Below are positions 17,091-27,302 of a DNA stretch of 64,000 nucleotides, piece after piece. The stretch comes from Lentisphaerota bacterium (GTDB lineage Bacteria; Verrucomicrobiota; Kiritimatiellia; RFP12; JAAYNR01), in assembly GCA_016873675.1 (NCBI GenBank), contig VGWG01000004.1:2715-66714 (forward strand). Reading direction: 5' to 3'. Position numbers and translations under genes: made by a program. Within the stretch, counting starts at the first letter, position 1. Each line of letters starts with the position of its first letter. The notes under the pieces were generated by a model. The model was not told the DNA's origin and searched no databases. It saw only the letters and a program-made list of their open reading frames with translations.

Positions 17091-19900
17091 ACGAAGGTCC
17101 ACGCATACAGGTGTTGGCCTGCGGCGTCCTGGCCGCGGATCTGCGGGCGCTGGCGCCGAAGATTCCGGCCCGGCTGACCTTTGAGTTCTTGCCGGGCCAG
17201 CTGCATGCCACGCCCCATGAGCTGCGCCGCAGGCTGCAGGAGCGGATCGATGCGGTCAGCGCGGCCGGCACAGCCGATGTCATCGCGATCGGCTACGGCG
17301 TGTGCGGTCGCGGGACGGTTGGACTGCACGCCCGGGGCGTCCCGCTGCGGGTGCCCAAGACCCACGACTGCATTGCGCTGTTTCTGGGCTCCGACGCCGC
17401 TTATCGGGAGCAGTTCGCCCGCTGTCCAGGAACCTACTATGTCTCGGCCGGCTGGGTTCAGGAAGGGATGGGGAGCGCCAGCTCGGTCGCGTCGCCCGCA
17501 GAGCGTGGCGCCGGGGTTCCCGGGGGGGGCGGGGTCTGTCCGCTGGACGACGCCGACGGTCTGGGCGAGCACTACGGTTCAGAGAACGTCCAGGCGATCC
17601 GGACGTTCATGGACAGTTGGAAGCGCAATTATTCGCGGGCGGCGTTCATCGACACGGGCATCGGTAACACGCACCACGCGCGCATCGCGCAGGCCATGGC
17701 CCAGGAGAACGGCTGGGATTACGAGGCGCTGAGCGGTTCGCATGCTGTGCTGGCGGCGGTGCTCACGCCGACGCCCGATCCTCGGGTGTGCGACGTGCCG
17801 CCGGGGATGGTGACCGCGTTCGACGCCGTGTCGCGATCACTCATCGCGCGCCAGCCATCTGGCGCGGCCGGAGCGCGTGCGCAACCTGCCTCGCCTCCGT
17901 CATCGGCCGGGACAACCCGCATGCGGCGCACCGGCTATGGACTGGGCATCGACGCCGGCGGAACGTACACCGACGCGGCGGTTTTCGACTGGACCGAACG
18001 GCGGGTGGTGGCCAAGGCCAAGGCGCCGACGACCCACTGGGATTATGCGATCGGCATCGGCGGGGCGCTGGACCTGTTGCCGCCGGAGGTGTTGCGGCAG
18101 GTGCGCGAGGTGGCTGTTTCGACCACCTTGGCGACCAACGCCATCGTCGAGGGGCGCGGCCAGCGGGTCGGGTTGCTGCTGATGCCGCCTGCGGGCGATG
18201 ACGGCTTGGAGCGGATCAGCCACCGGCCGGTGCGGGTGGTCCCGGGGCGGCTGGCGATCGACGGCACGGAGCTGGCGCCGACCGACCTCGGCGCGGCGGC
18301 GCGTGCGGCGCGAGAGCTGGTCGCGACCGACGGCGTTCGGGCCTTTGCGGTGACCGGCTATGCGAGCTCGATCAACCCTGCCCACGAACTGGCGGTCATG
18401 CGGGCGGTGAAGGAAGCGACCGGCCTGCCGGTGACGTGCGGCCATGAGGTGTCCGCGCTGCTCGATTACCGGGTTCGCGCCGAGACCGCCGCGCTCAACG
18501 CCCGGATTATTCCGTGCCTGGAGGCGTTTCTCGAACGGCTCCAGGAGAGTCTGTGCGTACGGGGGATCACGGCGCCGGCGATGATTGTGCGCAGCGACGG
18601 ATCGCTGATGAACGTGCGCACGGCCGCCGAGCGGCCCGTGGAGACGCTGCTGTCGGGTCCGGCGGCCAGTATCGCCGGCGCCCGCTTCCTGTGCGACGCG
18701 CGCGATGCGCTGGTGATCGACATCGGCGGGACGACGAGCGACACGGCGGTGCTGCACAACGGCGCGGTGCGGATCGACCCCGACGGCGCGCGGGTGGGTC
18801 ACTGGCGTACACACGTGCGGGCTCTGGCCGTGCGGACCATCGGCATCGGGGGGGACAGCGAGGTGCGGCAGGATGCCCACGGCTGGCATGTCGGGCCGCA
18901 GCGCGTGTGGCCCGTGTGCCGGCTCGACGAGGCTGCCGGCGCCGACGCCGCAGCCGCCTGTCTGGACTGGGTGCAGACCCACGCGGGCGAGGAGGCGGGA
19001 TCACAGGTGATTTGCGCGCGCATGCCCGGCGGCGCGAACCTCGACGGACTGGACGAGCGTCAGCAGGCGATTTTGCGCCTCTTGGACGCTGGCCCCATGA
19101 CCATCAGCCGGCTGGTTCACGAGACGCGCTGCCTGCGCCAGGGGTTTCTCGGCATCGAGCTTTTGGTCGATCGGCAACGGGTGCGGTTCTTCGGCTTCAC
19201 GCCGACCGACGCGCTCCATGTGCAGGGTCAGCTGGCGATGTGGAACACCGGCTATGCGCGGCGCTATGCCGAGGCGATCGGCGCGGCCGAGCAGTTGGAC
19301 GCCGAAGCCGTGTCGCGACGGGTGCTCGATCAGGTCGAAGTCAGGCTCGCGCACGAGCTGTTGATGACGCGGCTGGCCGACTGCTCCGGCGGGCAGCGCG
19401 GCCTCGACCACGACCACGGCGTCCTGGCGCGCGCGCTCCTGGACCGCGGTCTCGGCCGGGTTTGCGACGGCCTCGGGGTGGCGTTCGATCTGGGGGTTCC
19501 GATGATCGGCATCGGCGCGCCTGCGGCGTTCCTGCTCCCCGCCGCGGCCGGGCGGCTGCGGGCCGAAGTGATCATTCCGCGCGACGGCGACGTGGCCAAC
19601 GCCGTGGGGGCCATCACCAGTCAGGTGCGGGTGGAGCGTCAGGTCGTGATCGTTCCCGACGAGCTGGGCCGATTGCACGTCCATGGACTTCCCGGCGCGC
19701 CGACATTCATCGCGATGGCCGAGGCGCAGGCCTTTGCCGAACAGGAATTGACGCGCTGGGTGCTGCGGCTGGCCCGGGAGTCGGGCGCGCGAGATCCCGA
19801 AGCCACGCTTTGCAGCGACGACCGGATCATCGAGGCCGCCGGCGGCATGACGGTCTTCCTCAGCCGGACCCTCAGCGCCGTGGCGGCGGGCGGGATCTAA
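17087..19900 (+). CDS. Fusion protein: N-terminal DUF1638-like domain plus hydantoinase/oxoprolinase (ASKHA-fold) family region
   Basis: ATG at 17087 overlaps the GT4 stop (ATGA). DUF1638-like IQVLACGVL ... AIGYGVCG ... HDCIALFLG. Hydantoinase-A-like GIDAGGTYTDAAV ... VIDIGGTTSDTAV. Confidence 0.65.
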   Translation: MNEGPRIQVLACGVLAADLRALAPKIPARLTFEFLPGQLHATPHELRRRLQERIDAVSAAGTADVIAIGYGVCGRGTVGLHARGVPLRVPKTHDCIALFLGSDAAYREQFARCPGTYYVSAGWVQEGMGSASSVASPAERGAGVPGGGGVCPLDDADGLGEHYGSENVQAIRTFMDSWKRNYSRAAFIDTGIGNTHHARIAQAMAQENGWDYEALSGSHAVLAAVLTPTPDPRVCDVPPGMVTAFDAVSRSLIARQPSGAAGARAQPASPPSSAGTTRMRRTGYGLGIDAGGTYTDAAVFDWTERRVVAKAKAPTTHWDYAIGIGGALDLLPPEVLRQVREVAVSTTLATNAIVEGRGQRVGLLLMPPAGDDGLERISHRPVRVVPGRLAIDGTELAPTDLGAAARAARELVATDGVRAFAVTGYASSINPAHELAVMRAVKEATGLPVTCGHEVSALLDYRVRAETAALNARIIPCLEAFLERLQESLCVRGITAPAMIVRSDGSLMNVRTAAERPVETLLSGPAASIAGARFLCDARDALVIDIGGTTSDTAVLHNGAVRIDPDGARVGHWRTHVRALAVRTIGIGGDSEVRQDAHGWHVGPQRVWPVCRLDEAAGADAAAACLDWVQTHAGEEAGSQVICARMPGGANLDGLDERQQAILRLLDAGPMTISRLVHETRCLRQGFLGIELLVDRQRVRFFGFTPTDALHVQGQLAMWNTGYARRYAEAIGAAEQLDAEAVSRRVLDQVEVRLAHELLMTRLADCSGGQRGLDHDHGVLARALLDRGLGRVCDGLGVAFDLGVPMIGIGAPAAFLLPAAAGRLRAEVIIPRDGDVANAVGAITSQVRVERQVVIVPDELGRLHVHGLPGAPTFIAMAEAQAFAEQELTRWVLRLARESGARDPEATLCSDDRIIEAAGGMTVFLSRTLSAVAAGGI

Positions 19901-19919
19901 AGCACGCGATAGGCCCGTT

Positions 19920-20165
19920 CTACTTCTTGTCGTGAAGCTGATCGCCGACGACGCCACCCGCGACACCGCCGATGACCGCGCCCACGACGGCTCCGGTGCC
20001 GCGGTTGCCTTTGCCGGCAACCGCCGAGCCAACCGCAGCCCCGCCAGCCACCCCGACCGCCGTGCCGACAACGGCACCCTCGTGTCCGTCCAGCGTCGCG
20101 CAACCCGAGAACACCGCCATTCCGAGGCAGGCGCTTGCGGTAATGAATCGTGTGGTGTGCTGCAT
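19920..20165 (-). CDS. Glycine-zipper lipoprotein (SlyB/17-kDa-antigen-like)
   Basis: Lipobox VFSGC, followed by a G/A/V zipper (GTAVGVAGGAAVGSAVAG ... GAVIGGVAGGVVG). 81 aa. Confidence 0.65.
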   Translation of the reverse strand: MQHTTRFITASACLGMAVFSGCATLDGHEGAVVGTAVGVAGGAAVGSAVAGKGNRGTGAVVGAVIGGVAGGVVGDQLHDKK

Positions 20166-20282
20166 AAGACCTCCTGTGTGTAGTGAGAAACGTTTCTCCT
20201 GGAAACCCCTATAGACTGGAAAACGATAAGGTTAGCACGGGTCACAGTTTACCAGACCGCCCACTGCTTGGACTAGGAGATT

Positions 20283-21704
20283 ATGAGCAGGATGACCCTC
20301 TTGACGTTTATCAACGCTTCTGCAATGCTTCTGTCCATGACATCGCTACGTCAGACCGGTTCCGGCATGCTTTTGGCCCGTGCGGGCCGGGGCCGACCGA
20401 GGTCAGCCGGAAAGCGGTTTCTTCTCAATTACTGTTGTTCCGCTCTGGCGTTGGGCCTGGCAGGAACCTGTCGGGCTTACGAGCCGGTTGACCCGGATCA
20501 CCGGCCTGCCTACATTTTGGACGTCGACGGCGACCGGACGCTGACGCTGGCGTGCGGGCTGACCGTGCCCAAAATCAAAGACGCGCGCGGGTTCCCTCAT
20601 GGCGGCCTGAGCTTACGGCGGTCGCATCCGTGCGAAGACGACCGCTGCGACGTCCTCGATCTTTGGCGCGCCGACCAGTTCGTCGCCGCATGGCGCGACC
20701 CGGGCTCGAACGCGGTTACGCTGCTGAGGCTGTCATACCCGTTTCCCTACGCGCTAAAGCCGGGCCAGACGCTGCACGCGAACACCTATCTGCGCGACGC
20801 GCGGGCCCTAGCCGCTGTCGGTTACCCCGCCGTCGGACCGGAGCATGTCCAAGACTGGTTGCATTACTACTACCAGCACGGCTCGACCAGCGCCGTCCCT
20901 TTTCAAGCGGTGTCGGTCTTGGCGCACTTGGACGCTATCGACGCATGTGAGCGTTACGACATCGAGGCGGACGGCAAACCGCGCCTGCTCTATGTGTTCA
21001 AGCTGAAGGACCATGAAAAAACACCGCACCCCGACGACCTCTGGTTCGCGCTCGAAATCCGCTCGGAACGGTCGCTCGGAGCCGAACAGGAAGCGTTCGC
21101 GGAAACGTATTTGAAGGCGATCACCGTCGACCCAGAAGCGCTCGTCGCCGAGCGCGTGTTCTGGGCCGAGGAGCCGTTCGATACCTTTGTGCAGGCCAAC
21201 GCCGTGCGCGGTGTGCGCAACCTCGGCGGCGAGTGGGAGGTGTTTTACCACGGCCCCTTCTGCTTGATCACGGACAATCCGGCCGCTTTCTTGTGCGCCG
21301 CAGAAGGGTTGGAGTCGCAGCAGCGAGCTTATGACCTGTTCGACGAAACGCTGTTCCCGTTCGGACCCGCCGCACTGGGCGACATCTGTGTGATTCGCGT
21401 GTACGCTACCGGGTGGGAGTTCGAGGACAGCATGCCGCGGACGCGCAAGTGGGCCGGAGGGGTGTACAATGGAGGATGCGATGAGATCGTCATGCGCGGC
21501 TGGTCGCCCGGGGGGACGGTTCACGAGATCACGCACCGGTATCTCAGCATCGCGTGCGGCAAGCGGGGGATCTCGTCGTGGTTTAACGAGGGGTTTGCCT
21601 GTTATCTGGGCGGGTGTCAGGTGACGGGGGGCGGTTCGTTCCACAGCCTGTCAACGGCGATTGTATGTTGCTCGCTATGCTTGGACAAGGGGACATGCAT
21701 GTGA
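20283..21704 (+). CDS. 5' part of a frameshifted gene: secreted HExxH metallopeptidase-like (DUF1570/peptidase-MA-like) domain
   Basis: AGGAG lies 5 nt before the ATG. Signal-like KRFLLNYCCSALALGLAGTCRA. HEITH followed by WFNEGFACYL. The reading frame breaks just after a G6 run (21626-21631). Confidence 0.55.
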   Translation: MSRMTLLTFINASAMLLSMTSLRQTGSGMLLARAGRGRPRSAGKRFLLNYCCSALALGLAGTCRAYEPVDPDHRPAYILDVDGDRTLTLACGLTVPKIKDARGFPHGGLSLRRSHPCEDDRCDVLDLWRADQFVAAWRDPGSNAVTLLRLSYPFPYALKPGQTLHANTYLRDARALAAVGYPAVGPEHVQDWLHYYYQHGSTSAVPFQAVSVLAHLDAIDACERYDIEADGKPRLLYVFKLKDHEKTPHPDDLWFALEIRSERSLGAEQEAFAETYLKAITVDPEALVAERVFWAEEPFDTFVQANAVRGVRNLGGEWEVFYHGPFCLITDNPAAFLCAAEGLESQQRAYDLFDETLFPFGPAALGDICVIRVYATGWEFEDSMPRTRKWAGGVYNGGCDEIVMRGWSPGGTVHEITHRYLSIACGKRGISSWFNEGFACYLGGCQVTGGGSFHSLSTAIVCCSLCLDKGTCM

Positions 21705-23857
21705 TTGCGGAGGTCTTTACGGTTCAAGATTTCTACCTGGACAAGGAGATGGAGCGCAATCCGAAAGATCCGATCGCCGCGCTTAAGCGGGCCAAGAACT
21801 ACGCTGCGGCTTGGGGCATCATCTACTTTCTACGGGAGGCTCCCGCTCTCTACCCCGGCAAAGGCTACGAGACGATCATCCCGCTCTACTGGGAGACGTT
21901 ACAGAAGATCGGCGACCCCGCGCAGGCGACCAAGGTTGTCTTGGACAAAATCAACATGTCGAGTTTTCTGGAGGACCTCAAAGCGTATTTTCTGGCCCAA
22001 GCGGCGGCACGGGCCACGGGTAACGAGCGGCGGCGCAAGCGGCGGCTCGTGACTGATGATGAGCATGGCGAGTATCTGCCCCGCGAACGCCGGTTCGATT
22101 TTGCGGCGCTGATGTTTGGCGAGGATGCGTATGTGGACGACATCTCGTTTGCGGGCCGTGCCACAGTAACGAAGAAGGATCACGCCGGAGGAACCGTCCA
22201 AAACGGCCTTGCTCAGGAGCGGGACGGCGACGATGCCGACGACGAAACGGCGCTGCGAGACGGCGACGGATTGAACCGGGCTGTCGTTGTTGTGACGGTC
22301 GTGCTGACGCTTGGCCTCGCGTTCGCGTGGGGATGGCGGCGGCTCGGGTGCGGCAGGCTGTCCGTTCTTGTTCTGCTGTTCTCGGCCAGCGGCGCCATCG
22401 GGGAGCTCGCCGAGACCAACGGCTACGTGTTCACCTATCGGGTCATCGGCGATGCGGCCGTGCTTGGTGCCGGCGACGGTTGCGCCGTCGACCCGAAGCC
22501 GGAGGGCAAATTCACTGTTCCGCAGACTCTGGGGGGCCTCCCCGTCGTCGCGCTTGACGCGTACGCGTTCGCTGAATGCGAGGAGTTGACGATGCTTGAA
22601 CTTCCCAAAACAGTGACGACCATCGGCGCGTACACGTTCCACAGTTGTCAGAAACTGAAGACGGTGCCGCTGCCAGAGTCGGTGGCGGAGATCGGGGTCG
22701 GCGTATTCTTCCTGTGTTCCAGCCTGGAGGCCGTCACGATACCGCCGCTGGTCAAGGTCCTGCCTGACTGGGCGTTCGGCCGCTGTTTCAGGCTCAAAAC
22801 GCTGACAATGGGTAAAGCGGTCAGAAGCATCGGCAACGATGCTTTTCTCGGCTGCGCCGCTCTGACCGGCGTCACGGTTCCGGAGTCGGTCGTGAGCATC
22901 GGTGACCGCGCCTTCAAGTGGTGTTCGGGATTAAAGGCAGTCAATCTCGAAGGGCCGGTCACGGTCATCGGCGACGAGATCTTCGCAGGCTGTGTGGCCC
23001 TCAGCGATGTGGCTCTACCCGACACCTTGACGCTGATCGGCGAGGGGGCTTTTCGGTGGTGCTCCTCGCTACGACACAGCACGATACCCGAGCGGGTCAC
23101 AGGGATCGAAAGCGGCGCTTTCTACGGTTGCCGGAGTCTCTCGGCACTCGAGATTCCCGATGCGGTCACCGAGATTCGGCACGATGCTTTCAGCGGGTGC
23201 CTGGGTTTGGAGCGAGCGGAATTCGGCGATGGTTTGACGGCGATCGGCGACCATGCGTTCTATGAGTGTCACGCACTCTCGTCTCTCATTTTTCCATCCT
23301 CGTTGACGGTCATTCAAGAAGCGGCGTTTTCGCGTTGCGCGGGACTTTTCTTTCTGACGCTTCCTCCGAGGTTGGAGACCCTTGAGAAAAGAGTCTTTCG
23401 CGAGTGCACAGGCCTCGTGAGCGTGACCCTGCCCCCGGCTCTCAAGACCATCGGCGAAGCGGCCTTCGAAAAATGCGCGAACGTGTCGTCGATCACCCTG
23501 CCGTCTTCTGTCACCGCAGTCGGCGCTTCGGCATTCGCGGGCTGCGTCAGCTTGAGAACCGTGGATCTCGGTGCCGTGTCCCGAATCGGGAGAGGGGCGT
23601 TCAGCGGATGCGAGAGCCTTGGCACAGTGGCACTTCCGGCTTCTTTGACGAGTCTGGGGAGCAAGGCCTTTGAGAAGTGCAGCCGGTTGTCCACCGTCCA
23701 TTACGCGGGCGATGCGCCCACTGTGGGCGCCGATATTTATGCCTTAACGCCCGACGAATTGACCAGTTACGCTTTGCCCGGGACCCGAGGGTGGAAAGCC
23801 GACACGTCAGGCGAGTGGAGGGATCGTCGTTTCCATTATCAGGCATCAGAGAAGTAA
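21614..23857 (+). CDS. 3' part of the same gene: rest of the peptidase-like domain, TM segment, about 15 BspA-type leucine-rich repeats
   Basis: The shifted frame continues the DUF1570-like pattern (NYAAAWGIIYFLRE). TM segment VVVVTVVLTLGLAFAWGW. Roughly 23-aa repeats (IGxxAFxxCxxLxxVxLPxSVxx). Confidence 0.6.
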   Translation: MSGDGGRFVPQPVNGDCMLLAMLGQGDMHVIAEVFTVQDFYLDKEMERNPKDPIAALKRAKNYAAAWGIIYFLREAPALYPGKGYETIIPLYWETLQKIGDPAQATKVVLDKINMSSFLEDLKAYFLAQAAARATGNERRRKRRLVTDDEHGEYLPRERRFDFAALMFGEDAYVDDISFAGRATVTKKDHAGGTVQNGLAQERDGDDADDETALRDGDGLNRAVVVVTVVLTLGLAFAWGWRRLGCGRLSVLVLLFSASGAIGELAETNGYVFTYRVIGDAAVLGAGDGCAVDPKPEGKFTVPQTLGGLPVVALDAYAFAECEELTMLELPKTVTTIGAYTFHSCQKLKTVPLPESVAEIGVGVFFLCSSLEAVTIPPLVKVLPDWAFGRCFRLKTLTMGKAVRSIGNDAFLGCAALTGVTVPESVVSIGDRAFKWCSGLKAVNLEGPVTVIGDEIFAGCVALSDVALPDTLTLIGEGAFRWCSSLRHSTIPERVTGIESGAFYGCRSLSALEIPDAVTEIRHDAFSGCLGLERAEFGDGLTAIGDHAFYECHALSSLIFPSSLTVIQEAAFSRCAGLFFLTLPPRLETLEKRVFRECTGLVSVTLPPALKTIGEAAFEKCANVSSITLPSSVTAVGASAFAGCVSLRTVDLGAVSRIGRGAFSGCESLGTVALPASLTSLGSKAFEKCSRLSTVHYAGDAPTVGADIYALTPDELTSYALPGTRGWKADTSGEWRDRRFHYQASEK

Positions 23858-23922
23858 TGAGGCTCGCCGTTGCGCGTTCGCTCACACGCTGCGGCGGGCT
23901 TTGCATCCCCTTGTCATCCACG

Positions 23923-25314
<1,392 letters not shown>

Positions 25315-25351
25315 CTGTCCTGTTCCTTACGTTGGCGTGACTCCAGGCCGG

Positions 25352-25390
25352 AAAAATAAAAAACCCGCCAAACCTTGCGGCTTCAGCGGG
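25352..25390 (-). terminator. Possible terminator after the tRNA genes
   Basis: On the minus strand: CCCGC...GCGGG stem (25386-25390 / 25364-25368) followed by TTTTTTATTTTT (25363-25352). The stem is short and the loop is large. Confidence 0.3.
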
Positions 25391-25402
25391 AACGCGTCGC
25401 TC

Positions 25403-25478
25403 TGGTAGGGGTGCAGGGACTCGAACCCTGGACCCACTGATTAAGAGTCAGTTGCTCTACCAACTGAGCTACACCCCC
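25403..25478 (-). tRNA. tRNA-Lys (anticodon CTT)
   Basis: The minus-strand sequence GGGGGTGTAGCTCAGTTGGTAGAGCAACTGACTCTTAATCAGTGGGTCCAGGGTTCGAGTCCCTGCACCCCTACCA folds as a cloverleaf. Anticodon loop is CTCTTAA. Confidence 0.9.
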
Positions 25479-25497
25479 ACAATGAGTCAACGATGAA

Positions 25498-25573
25498 TGG
25501 AGCGAGCGAAGGGAGTCGAACCCTCGACAACCACCTTGGCAAGGTGGCACTCTACCAACTGAGTTACGCTCGC
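25498..25573 (-). tRNA. tRNA-Gly (anticodon GCC)
   Basis: The minus-strand sequence GCGAGCGTAACTCAGTTGGTAGAGTGCCACCTTGCCAAGGTGGTTGTCGAGGGTTCGACTCCCTTCGCTCGCTCCA folds as a cloverleaf. Anticodon loop is TTGCCAA. Confidence 0.9.
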
Positions 25574-25630
25574 ATTGAAAACGGTGAAAAGATTACCATA
25601 TGCCGCAGGAGGGTGCAACAGCTAAATTTT

Positions 25631-25696
25631 GAGGCTCTTGCAAAACCCTCCGGACGCTGCGCCTGACGGCTTGCGTCCGGAGGGTTTTGCAGGATG
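25631..25696. repeat. Copy of the GAGGCTCTTGCAAAACC palindromic (MITE-like) element
   Basis: Left arm at 25631-25649. Perfect 12-bp stem CCCTCCGGACGC/GCGTCCGGAGGG (25646-25657 / 25673-25684) around a 15-nt loop. Degenerate right arm AGGGTTTTGCAGGATG. TTTT on both flanks. Confidence 0.7.
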
Positions 25697-25903
25697 TTTT
25701 GCTTGCGCGGCGCGTCCGACGTGAAACAAACGGACGCGACAGGGCCATCTGTGCAAAGGGTTACAACAGTAGAATAATGGGCGGGTAGACAAACGCCTTG
25801 GAATGTGCGACACTGCCCTCATTTGTTTTGGGCGCGGACTGCTGCCGCGCAGAAAACGATGGGGCGTCGGATTGGAGCGTCAGGCGAGTCCACGCTGGGC
25901 GAC

Positions 25904-25980
25904 GCGGCTCTTCAACTTACAAAACGCCCCGCGACGCAAGCCGTCAGGCGCCGCATCGCGGGGCGTTTTGCAAGAGCCTC
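25904..25980. repeat. Inverted-orientation copy of the same element
   Basis: Right arm GTTTTGCAAGAGCCTC ends at 25980. The left arm is degenerate. 12-bp stem AACGCCCCGCGA/TCGCGGGGCGTT (25923-25934 / 25956-25967). The loop is the reverse complement of the loop core in 25631-25696. Confidence 0.7.
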
Positions 25981-25996
25981 ATATTTCTGAACCGTT

Positions 25997-26776
25997 ATGA
26001 CTACACACGCCATTTCATCAGCCCTCGCCGAGACCCGCGCCTGGCGCTTGGCGGCCGATCAGTTGCGGCGGATAGACACCGGCTGGGACGACCCCGTGGC
26101 GCGGCTGCGCGAGATCCTCGACTGCAAACGGTGGATGGAGCGTCAGGACCATCTCCCCCGGCTTGCTCGGCTGGCCGGACTGCTCGACCCGGCGATGACG
26201 CGCAAGCAATTCTGGGCCGTCCTCGTGCCCGCCGAACGCGCAGGCGGGCGAACACGTGTGACCGATCTGGAGATCCTCGCCCGCGACCTGCCCGCTGGCG
26301 CAGCGCAGGCCGACCGCATGCCGCTGACCGTCGTGGCCGACAACATCCGCTCGGCATTCAACCTCGGCGGCATCTTCCGCACGGCGGAGTGCCTCGGCGC
26401 CGCAGCGGTCTGGCTCTGTGGCTACAGCGCCGACCCGGGCCATCCTCAGGTGGCGGCCGCAGCCCTGGGAACGGTCGGGGCCGTGCCGTGGCGGAGCTTT
26501 GAGCGGATTGGCCCCGCGCTGGCCGAGTTGCGTGAGGCCGGCGTGTGGACCGTCGCTCTGGAGACCGTCGCCGGCGCGCCCGAAGTGGGCGCCCTGCCCT
26601 GGCGCTTCCCCAGCGCCATTGTAATCGGCAACGAGCGGTTCGGCCTCGACCCTGAGACGGTCGACGCCTGCGACACGGCCGCACGCATCCCCTCATATGG
26701 CGTGAAAAACTCGCTCAATGTCGTCACCGCGCTCGCGATTTGCGCGTGGGACGCTCGATTGGCTTTCCAAAATTGA
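25997..26776 (+). CDS. SpoU/TrmH-family RNA 2'-O-methyltransferase
   Basis: C-terminal SPOUT motifs (NIRSAFNLGGIFRTAE, IVIGNERFGL, IPSYGVKNSLNVVTALAI). Confidence 0.8.
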   Translation: MTTHAISSALAETRAWRLAADQLRRIDTGWDDPVARLREILDCKRWMERQDHLPRLARLAGLLDPAMTRKQFWAVLVPAERAGGRTRVTDLEILARDLPAGAAQADRMPLTVVADNIRSAFNLGGIFRTAECLGAAAVWLCGYSADPGHPQVAAAALGTVGAVPWRSFERIGPALAELREAGVWTVALETVAGAPEVGALPWRFPSAIVIGNERFGLDPETVDACDTAARIPSYGVKNSLNVVTALAICAWDARLAFQN

Positions 26777-26867
26777 ATGGCTGACACCGCGCATTTCTCT
26801 GTTGCATTGGACGGACGGTGTCCACTATGCTGATGACCGGTTGTCAGAAAGAAAACGGAGGTGGGCG

Positions 26868-27296
26868 ATGGCTGATTGGCGTGCAGAACTCGGAGGCATC
26901 ATCAACGGCAAGGGAAGGTCGACACGCGCGGAACAGGAAAACGCGCAGTTCGAGGCGTTTCTGGCCCGCGTGGTCACGCCCGCCCTGCGCCAGTTGGCCA
27001 CCGAGCTGACAAGCTACGAACGGGACGCCTCGATCCGTGAGGCCCCGGCCAGCGTCGTACTGACGGTCCGAAAAGATGGCTTGGAGGAGATTACCTTCCG
27101 CGTGATGAAACGCTATCTTTCCAGCGGCATCGTCCCGTATGCTGAGGTTCGAGTCGCCAAAGGCAACCGGTACGCCAAATATGAGGCGTCGTTTCGCGAC
27201 ACAACCCCGATTGATATCGATGCGCTCACCGAGGCGGACATCATCGGCTGCTTCATCAAATACTATCGGATGCTCCACGACGGTGACGGGGTCTGA
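26868..27296 (+). CDS. Hypothetical protein (143 aa)
   Basis: ATG at 26868 with GGAGGTG 5 nt upstream. No recognisable motif. Convergent with the Card1-like gene. Confidence 0.45.
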   Translation: MADWRAELGGIINGKGRSTRAEQENAQFEAFLARVVTPALRQLATELTSYERDASIREAPASVVLTVRKDGLEEITFRVMKRYLSSGIVPYAEVRVAKGNRYAKYEASFRDTTPIDIDALTEADIIGCFIKYYRMLHDGDGV

Positions 27297-27302
27297 CGGG
27301 CG

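Noticed and set aside
21614-21704. Programmed -1 ribosomal frameshifting as the explanation for the split peptidase-LRR gene.
   Set aside because: No slippery heptamer of the X XXY YYZ type and no obvious downstream pseudoknot were seen by eye. A homopolymer length error or phase variation is simpler. This is kept as an open alternative in the findings rather than called as a feature.
23858-23922. Possible bidirectional terminator between the convergent LRR gene and lpdA.
   Set aside because: No stable GC-rich hairpin followed by a T-run was found on either strand.
25622-26502. Several 60-234-aa ORFs across the tRNA-SpoU intergenic region (for example 25798..26502, 25803..26000, 25622..25822), and similar small ORFs at 58592..58789.
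   Set aside because: They are read through the palindromic repeats on both strands, producing mirror-image peptides such as ...FCKSLK / ...LQEP... They have no RBS, and 25798..26502 overlaps the well-supported SpoU gene out of frame.
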